IMG/VR virus record: IMGVR_UViG_3300045988_162372
Direction: 5' to 3' (one strand)
DNA: 64,000 bases
Source of the DNA: a virus
The stretch's first letter is position 1. Every line of letters begins with the position of its first letter. This document shows, one piece after another, positions 36,532-42,711 of the stretch. Below the pieces are notes generated by a model. That model was not told where the DNA came from. It saw only the letters and a list, made by a program, of their open reading frames with translations, and ran no database searches. The position numbers and the translations under genes were made by a program.

Positions 36532-36939
36532 TTATTGCTGTTTCTTGCTATGTATATATTTCTTATAATATATTATTCGGGTTGGTAAACCATATTCTTT
36601 CGCCAAATCAATCATGTGTTTTGTTCCCCTGCTTTCACCATCCCAAAATGCGATTAAGGCATCAGCAACTTTAGTCATTTCCTTATTTCTTCTGTATCCT
36701 GCACTTTTACCATATTTTTTCCAATCAGCAGGATATTCTAATACTTTCAAACCAAATTCTTCTGCAAATTGTTTGCCTATTGTATCAGTACCTCTTGCAC
36801 AACCGCATATAATCTGAATATCACAATCTTTTAATACATCTGATAATATTTTTAAACATTTCTCTTTGAGAAGACTATAATCGTAGAATTGTCTTGAACC
36901 TGCTATGATTACTTTAAATATTGGTTTATTATTTTTCAT
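36532..36939 (-). CDS. DUF2493 / SLOG-superfamily (YspA-like) protein
   Basis: IIAGSR...ICGCARGTDTIGKQFAEE...PADWKKYGKSAGYRRNKEM...FWDGESRGTKHMI. Confidence 0.75.
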   Translation of the reverse strand: MKNNKPIFKVIIAGSRQFYDYSLLKEKCLKILSDVLKDCDIQIICGCARGTDTIGKQFAEEFGLKVLEYPADWKKYGKSAGYRRNKEMTKVADALIAFWDGESRGTKHMIDLAKEYGLPTRIIYYKKYIHSKKQQ

Positions 36940-37459
36940 TTAATTTTTCCAAAACATAATCAACAATTCTTTCAACTGATTTCTCATTTTTAACGCACTC
37001 GTAACTAATATCATACCTTTCAAGGATCGCCTTTACATCCTTATCAATTTGTTTTGCTTCATCAATAGTTTGTAGTCTTCCCTCAACCTGATAATCATTA
37101 TTTCTTTCAATAAAGAATAATTTATTGTTGAAACGATTGTATTGTTCTATTATAAAATCATTAAAATAATCTGATTTTTCTTTATTATAATATATTGAAA
37201 GTAATAAAGGACTATCAGTTATAATAACATCTACTTTATCTTTTAAACGCCATATTTTATGGAATTGTTTGCCAAAAATATATATCTGGTCATCCATTGT
37301 CTTAAATGATTCTTCCCAAACCTTATCTTTTGCAAATTCAAGAGCCATTTCGCAATTAATTCCTTTCTTTTTCAATTCGTAAAATACACCACTTGCAGTC
37401 GTTGATTTCCCCGAACCTGGGCCACCAATTAGGTTAATAATCAATGTATTGTCTTTCAT
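36929..37459 (-). CDS. P-loop NTPase / kinase-like protein
   Basis: Walker A motif LIGGPGSGKST. Confidence 0.6.
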   Translation of the reverse strand: MKDNTLIINLIGGPGSGKSTTASGVFYELKKKGINCEMALEFAKDKVWEESFKTMDDQIYIFGKQFHKIWRLKDKVDVIITDSPLLLSIYYNKEKSDYFNDFIIEQYNRFNNKLFFIERNNDYQVEGRLQTIDEAKQIDKDVKAILERYDISYECVKNEKSVERIVDYVLEKLNEK

Positions 37460-37464
37460 TTTAT

Positions 37465-37890
37465 TTATAAATTTAAATCGTTTAATACTTTTTCCACATT
37501 TCTCCTAAAAATTCCAACGTAATAATCAGATACACCTTCTGGGAAACGTTGGCTTAATTTTACACATTCCTTCTCTAACGTTTCTCTTGCATTTAACTGT
37601 GCTTGTTCTTTGGTAAAATGGCTGCACTCCCAATCAATTACCATCGCTTTCCAATCCATTTTCTTTTCGTTGAAATAATGGTCTAACCAATATTCAATAT
37701 GATGGTTGTTATGATGCCGATGCCATCTTTGTACATCTGGATAAACCATGAATATCTTTAACCACGGCTTTTCAATATCATGGAAAAGATATTTGAATTT
37801 CCAACATTTAAGATTCAACGCTGTCATTTGAAAAGCACACCAATGAGCAAACCAATATTTGAAACTGCTTCTTTCTTCTTTTGTAAACAT
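37465..37890 (-). CDS. Hypothetical His-rich protein
   Basis: HDIEKPW...RWHRHHNNHH; the first ATG is 37890. Confidence 0.5.
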   Translation of the reverse strand: MFTKEERSSFKYWFAHWCAFQMTALNLKCWKFKYLFHDIEKPWLKIFMVYPDVQRWHRHHNNHHIEYWLDHYFNEKKMDWKAMVIDWECSHFTKEQAQLNARETLEKECVKLSQRFPEGVSDYYVGIFRRNVEKVLNDLNL

Positions 37891-37892
37891 AA

Positions 37893-38324
37893 TCAATTAC
37901 TTTTTTCCGTTTCTTTTGCGTATTCAGTATATGTATCAAAAACATATTCAAAATTTTCTACATAATCAGGGAATTTCAATATTAACTTAGGGTTGTTTAA
38001 AACTTTGTTATAAACTTTCTCTCCGCAACCAACAATATGCGCACACAAATCCCAAAAGCCGTCATCACTAACACTTAGCACTTCACTATTATTCGGAAAA
38101 GCATATTTATCACCATATTTTAGCAAAGAATATTCTTTCACCTTGTCTTGCAATATTTCTCTAAACGCTTTTGCATAATGTTTTGCTTCAATAATATCGT
38201 CATTGGTTAATTTCATTTTCTTGAAAATCTCTTGTGCCAAACTGTATCTTTTCTTGGTTTGCAACTTGCACATATTTGGCCAATCCAGTTCTTTAACTAA
38301 TTCCCAAAATATATTCTTGTTCAT
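37893..38324 (-). CDS. Hypothetical protein
   Basis: 143-aa ATG ORF. Confidence 0.55.
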   Translation of the reverse strand: MNKNIFWELVKELDWPNMCKLQTKKRYSLAQEIFKKMKLTNDDIIEAKHYAKAFREILQDKVKEYSLLKYGDKYAFPNNSEVLSVSDDGFWDLCAHIVGCGEKVYNKVLNNPKLILKFPDYVENFEYVFDTYTEYAKETEKSN

Positions 38325-38328
38325 GTGT

Positions 38329-38817
38329 TTAATTTTGTTTCTTATTTAAAATCTTAATTACTTCATCGGCTTTTTCTTTCGTCAAACCACCATAATAGGC
38401 ATCACAATTGACAAAATTGTCTTTCTGTTCATATAACATATCAATATCGTCATCAATGATGCAATAGCTCTCTATTTTATCTTCTGGATGTTTATCAAGG
38501 TAGTCCTCCATATATTTCTTAATTTCCAATCCTCTTATTGTACCCAAATATGGAGTTATCTCAAAATCTAATGGACTACCTCTAAAACCTACATTCTTTA
38601 GAATGCTTCTTAAACCATCAGTATGTCTCCAAGAGCTTGATATGACAGTCTTAGCACTTGTCTCCTGAATGATTCTCATATATTGCTTAACAGCTTCTGG
38701 GTCAAATTCTGATAAAGGATATGGTCTTACATCTCCACTCTCCGCACGTTTCCTATAATACGTTTCTGAATTAAAGACTCCATCCACGTCAATGAATATA
38801 ATCTTAATTTTACTCAT
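38329..38817 (-). CDS. HAD-superfamily phosphatase
   Basis: IIFIDVDGVFNSE is HAD motif I (DxDG). This N-terminal pattern is seen in HAD domains associated with RNA-repair proteins. Confidence 0.6.
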   Translation of the reverse strand: MSKIKIIFIDVDGVFNSETYYRKRAESGDVRPYPLSEFDPEAVKQYMRIIQETSAKTVISSSWRHTDGLRSILKNVGFRGSPLDFEITPYLGTIRGLEIKKYMEDYLDKHPEDKIESYCIIDDDIDMLYEQKDNFVNCDAYYGGLTKEKADEVIKILNKKQN

Positions 38818-38833
38818 CTCTTTTTTACCCTTA

Positions 38834-39064
38834 TTATATACTCCACAAAACTCTTTTGTCTTCTATATTATCAATTGCTTCAAAACTTGAATCAGTCATT
38901 GGTGTCCATTCCCCGTGTTGTACTGAAAAATCAACTGTATCAATTGATAGGTAAACATCTGTTACATTGTTTACCCCGTTTTCCTTTAAGAAACGGATAA
39001 TTCTATTTACGACTTCTGTATGCAAGTCTTTCCACTTTTCTTCAAGTTCGTTTTTCGGTGTCAT
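38834..39064 (-). CDS. Hypothetical protein
   Basis: 76-aa ATG ORF. Confidence 0.5.
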   Translation of the reverse strand: MTPKNELEEKWKDLHTEVVNRIIRFLKENGVNNVTDVYLSIDTVDFSVQHGEWTPMTDSSFEAIDNIEDKRVLWSI

Positions 39065-39090
39065 AACCCTTATAGTATCTGATTTATGTA

Positions 39091-39366
39091 TTATCTAATG
39101 AAATTCCACTTTGAAATTGTAAAACTATAATCATATTCATCATTTCTACATTTCTCAAATGAAGAATATGTCAATATATCTTTTCTTTCTGGTGTTACAA
39201 TTATAATTGTTCCCTCTTTGGGTAGCTCATTAACTTCCAAAGGCAATGCTTTGATGATTATATCTGAAAAACCTATCTTATCATCAGCATTTTCATTATA
39301 AAATACCTTTGGCTCAGTATAATCTTCGACAATGAAATGTCTGTCATTTATTATTATCTCTTTCAT
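39091..39366 (-). CDS. Hypothetical protein
   Basis: 91-aa ATG ORF behind a promoter. Confidence 0.55.
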   Translation of the reverse strand: MKEIIINDRHFIVEDYTEPKVFYNENADDKIGFSDIIIKALPLEVNELPKEGTIIIVTPERKDILTYSSFEKCRNDEYDYSFTISKWNFIR

Positions 39367-39398
39367 GAACGTAATATTGCTATTTTAAATTATCATCG

Positions 39399-39430
39399 CA
39401 AAGATACTACAAATTAACCATATTACCAAA
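39399..39430 (-). promoter_or_regulatory. Bacteroidota-type promoter (minus strand)
   Basis: The + strand has CAAAGATA at 39399-39406, a 20-nt gap, then CAAA at 39427-39430. Confidence 0.65.
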
Positions 39431-39451
39431 TAACATCTTAACTAAAGTTGG

Positions 39452-40317
39452 TTAATAATTCGTAATGAAGACCTCATCTGTACTTTTAGACTTGTTTTTT
39501 GCATGGTAACTGCAATTTCCGTAGCTATGATTAAAATGATGTACGTTATACTTCTTTGACCATTCAATCAACATTTCATTCTTGTTTCCCTTGTTTTCAA
39601 ACACATTGGATAAACCAAATCTTATTTCTCTTTCATTGAGATTATCCAATAATTCATATAATTGTCTCTCCTGTGTTTCATTCCATCCGTCCTGCTCATT
39701 GTATGAGGCACAAGTTATCAAATAAGGTGGGTCGCAATATACATAATCATCCTTTGACAACTTATCAACCTTTAATTCTGTGAAAGATTTATTTGTAAAT
39801 ATTACATCTTTTATTGTCTTATGGAAATTAATCAGATTCTGTTCTATTGTCTTATTAAATTGACTTCTATTCTTTCCAAACGGCATGTTATATTCGCCTT
39901 TTGAATTAAACCTTATCTGATGATTAAATGAGTAACATATCAAAACGAATAAGTCTATTGGATCTTTTTCTGTACTTTTATTATACATATTCCTGAAAAC
40001 ATTATAGCTTTCCTGATTATCTATTGTAAGATTATATTCCTCTATTTTGGAATATATTTCCTTTAAAATGTCATCAAGTGCCCTTGTCTGAAATGTCTTA
40101 AATATATCAATAACTGACCCGTTAATGTCATTGGCTATACGTTTCTTGGCATTGACATTTGCAACTACATTTCCACCACCAGTAAATAAATCTACAAACG
40201 TATTTATTTCATTTTTATGGGGGGGGGGAGTAAAATTATTGGTAATAGCTGTGGTAGCAATTTGTATTTTCCACCTGTGTAATTGAGTGGTGATTTAATC
40301 AATTTATTTCCATCCAT
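39452..40317 (-). CDS. dam: T4-Dam-like DNA adenine methyltransferase, frame broken at a C10 (G10 on +) tract
   Basis: The N-terminal fragment (ATG 40317) reads MDGNKLIKSPLNYTGGKYKLLPQLLPIILLPPP.. and stops at 40204. The downstream frame reads ..TFVDLFTGGGNV..YCDPPYLITCASYNE..KKYNVHHFNHSY..TDEVFITNY. The two frames join with 11 or 8 C but not with 10. Confidence 0.8.
40219..40228 (-). repeat. Homopolymer C10 (G10 on + strand) inside the dam coding sequence
   Basis: Counted directly: tttatGGGGGGGGGGag. Confidence 0.95.
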
Positions 40318-40335
40318 ATATTCTTTATTTTTCTG

Positions 40336-40367
40336 CAAAAATACAACAAGTTTTACTTATAAACAAA
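40336..40367 (-). promoter_or_regulatory. Bacteroidota-type promoter for dam (minus strand)
   Basis: The + strand has CAAAAATA at 40336-40343, a 20-nt gap, then CAAA at 40364-40367, 19 nt upstream of the ATG at 40317. Confidence 0.65.
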
Positions 40368-40532
40368 TATACTATGTTAAACAAAATAAAAATACCACCG
40401 TATTTCACAACAAAGTGGTATCATGATTTAGGCTTTTACCAAGTTCTAACAACAAAAGATATTTGACTATGCCTTTAATATTGCAAATGTACTACCTTTG
40501 TGTTAAACTGCAAAATATTTTCTTGACTTTTT

Positions 40533-41738
40533 TCAATCTTTTATCTCAAAAACGTCTTTAGCAGTAACTTGTTTCGGCTTTTCTTTCCTGTTTATCTTTT
40601 CATATTTCTCATCAATAATTATCAAATCTTTCCATTTGTCAAGTAGACCTGAATTATTAAGAAAGAATTTCCTTATGTTGTAAGTGTTATAATGCTTCAT
40701 ATAACCAATATACGAGTTAACGGTCATTATAAGTTTATCCAATCTCTTTTCATCAGGATTATTGAATAAGTTTCTCAATTTATAATACAATGAACCTTTT
40801 GTTCTATTCAAAACATATATTCTATTGGGTTTTATAACACTTCCAATAAACTGCACACCTTTTGTATAATGTTGAAAATATCTTTTATTTGGATGAATTG
40901 TCAATTTCAATTCCCTTTGGGCAAATTCAATTATCTTGTCCACCGAACTTTTCAATTTCTCTTTATCCGAGGATACTATCATAAAGTCATCAACATATCT
41001 GCCATAATATTTAAAACCAAGCGTTTCCTTGATAAATCTATCGAGTTTTGTCAAAAAGAAATTGGCAAAAATCTGTGATGTCAAATTACCAATGGGTAGT
41101 CCTCTTTCATATCCTACATTAAACAAACTCTTATTGGAGTCTAATTTAGCCCATAACGACTGGTCACCTCTTTTCTCGCAATTTAATTCTGGATGATGTA
41201 GAACAATCTGTTTGCATAATTCCCTAAGTTTCTCTTTCTTCCTATCATTTTCATAATATTCCACAATAAAATCGTCTATCATATCAGCCAATAACTGCTT
41301 ATTAATGCTCATAAAGAACGACTTTATATCCATCTTTAAAATCCAAGCATCCTTTGTATAATTCTCGGTACATTCCTTTATATACTCAAACATTGTTTTA
41401 ACGCCATACAATACACCCTTGCCCTCCATACACGAAAAGCTTTCTTTGATAAAATATTTTTCAAAATATGGCATTAATTCCTTGATGACAAGATGGTGTA
41501 CAATTCTATCCCTGAAATCGGCAGCAAATACCTCACGATAAACTGGAAATGTAACAACAAATGCTATTGACTTACCAATTTCGTATGTTCCATCGTTAAT
41601 ATCATCACATAAACGTGTGACTTTTTCTATATAGTCAATTTCGAACTCTCGTGCATTACTTGTATTTCTTTTGTTCTTAATACAATCTTCATACGCCTCG
41701 AAAACCTCACCGTAGCTAAAACAATATGCTTTTGCCAT
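40533..41738 (-). CDS. DGR reverse transcriptase
   Basis: YGRYVDDFMIVS (YxDD motif) and LPIGNLTSQIFANFFL (the (I/L)GxxxSQ motif characteristic of DGR RTs); immediately downstream of TR. Confidence 0.9.
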   Translation of the reverse strand: MAKAYCFSYGEVFEAYEDCIKNKRNTSNAREFEIDYIEKVTRLCDDINDGTYEIGKSIAFVVTFPVYREVFAADFRDRIVHHLVIKELMPYFEKYFIKESFSCMEGKGVLYGVKTMFEYIKECTENYTKDAWILKMDIKSFFMSINKQLLADMIDDFIVEYYENDRKKEKLRELCKQIVLHHPELNCEKRGDQSLWAKLDSNKSLFNVGYERGLPIGNLTSQIFANFFLTKLDRFIKETLGFKYYGRYVDDFMIVSSDKEKLKSSVDKIIEFAQRELKLTIHPNKRYFQHYTKGVQFIGSVIKPNRIYVLNRTKGSLYYKLRNLFNNPDEKRLDKLIMTVNSYIGYMKHYNTYNIRKFFLNNSGLLDKWKDLIIIDEKYEKINRKEKPKQVTAKDVFEIKD

Positions 41739-41981
41739 ATAGTGTTTATGAATTAATTATTTTATACATAAATAAAGGTTGGCTGTAAATTATAGCCAAC
41801 CAAATCATCCTTTTTGGGGATTAATTTCTGTAAAAAAACAGCCTGTGCATTTTATAATCAAAGGAAGGACGCACGTAATTGCTATTCCACTTATTGTTCC
41901 AATTGTTCAGATTCGCATTGTTCGTATTGCAATTCCAAGCATTCGTGGAGCTATTCTCGGCAGAAGCCCAGTAATTCGTAC
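41739..41981 (-). ncRNA. DGR template RNA region (TR plus a 120-nt spacer up to the RT start)
   Basis: No credible ORF. It contains TR and a spacer with the hairpin GGTTGGCT(41777-41784)/AGCCAACC(41794-41801). Confidence 0.55.
41859..41981 (-). repeat. DGR template repeat (TR)
   Basis: 123 bp matching 42729-42851 (offset 870). All 20 mismatches are T on the + strand, which is A on the sense strand, in TR. Confidence 0.9.
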
Positions 41982-42152
41982 ATTGTGCTATCTGGAATAC
42001 ATCAATCAAGACATATTATTAACGACCCTTTCGAGCTGTGTAGCACCCTTATAAAATTTCGCCGAATGGGATTCGGTAATCTTTCACAAGCTTCGGTCTC
42101 TCCTGTTTGCATGATTTTCTAATCACTTAACGCAAAACAAAACTCTGCCTTT

Positions 42153-42542
42153 TCAATGATAAATAGTTTCTTGTTTTGAAAAATTTGCGGTTTTTTCGGT
42201 AAAACCTCTCCATTTTATGAATTGTTCATGTATATTTTTCATCAATGGGTAAATGTTGGAAAATTCCTTTGCACTTAATAGCTTTAAATCTATACATAAT
42301 TTCATGCACAACTTTATATTCTCAAAATAACACTGGAATTGTTTCATATATTTTAATCTCTCTGACATATTCTCCGTAGTGTTAATTATGTTAATCAAAG
42401 ACAACATTCTAATTGCAGATCGTTTTGCTTCTTCACCAATTATATATTTATAAGATTTATTAATTTTATTTATTTTCGGTAATAATAATTTTACCATCTC
42501 ATAGGAGTCAACAAAAATCTGTAGTTTTGTATAATGTCCCAT
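42153..42542 (-). CDS. avd: DGR accessory variability determinant (Avd-like four-helix-bundle protein)
   Basis: 129 aa, helical, lying between the target and TR as in BPP-1. The pattern LQIFVDSYEMVKLL..K..KYIIGEEAKRSAIRM.. resembles Avd / S23-IVS family proteins. Confidence 0.7.
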   Translation of the reverse strand: MGHYTKLQIFVDSYEMVKLLLPKINKINKSYKYIIGEEAKRSAIRMLSLINIINTTENMSERLKYMKQFQCYFENIKLCMKLCIDLKLLSAKEFSNIYPLMKNIHEQFIKWRGFTEKTANFSKQETIYH

Positions 42543-42590
42543 AATACTTGTTTCATTTTTTATTTTTATTATTTATGTGGAAATTAAAAG

Positions 42591-42621
42591 TTCTATGCGC
42601 TCGCTACACTCACGCATAGAA
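42591..42621 (-). promoter_or_regulatory. Stem-loop between target gene and avd
   Basis: TTCTATGCG/CGCATAGAA 9-bp stem with a 13-nt loop. Confidence 0.55.
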
Positions 42622-42644
42622 ACTTCAGCCTTTCATTACAATTA

Positions 42645-42668
42645 ATTGTGGGGATTTATCCCCACAAT
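42645..42668 (-). promoter_or_regulatory. GC-cored 10-bp stem / 4-nt loop hairpin downstream of VR (candidate DGR target-recognition hairpin or terminator)
   Basis: ATTGTGGGGA-TTTA-TCCCCACAAT, 44 nt past the target stop codon and 60 nt past the VR end. Confidence 0.6.
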
Positions 42669-42711
42669 AAACAAGCGTTGCTTGCTAAATACGCTTAAGG
42701 CTAATAGAGGC

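Noticed and set aside
40484-40500. Overlapping -7-like boxes on both strands (CAAATGTA on + gives minus TACATTTG; TACCTTTG on +) between the RT stop and dam.
   Set aside because: There is no + strand gene downstream. The minus-strand box lies 170 nt from the dam ATG, which already has a well-spaced promoter at 40336-40367. A chance match in AT-rich DNA is the likely explanation.
41779-42122. ORFs in the track overlapping TR (41779..42054 +, 41814..42122 +, 41821..42009 -).
   Set aside because: The minus-strand ORF mimics the target C-terminus (NYWASAENSSTNAWNCNTNNANLNNWNNKWNSNYVRPSF) only because TR is the template copy of VR. It has no plausible start context, and TRs are non-coding. The + strand ORFs are antisense artefacts.
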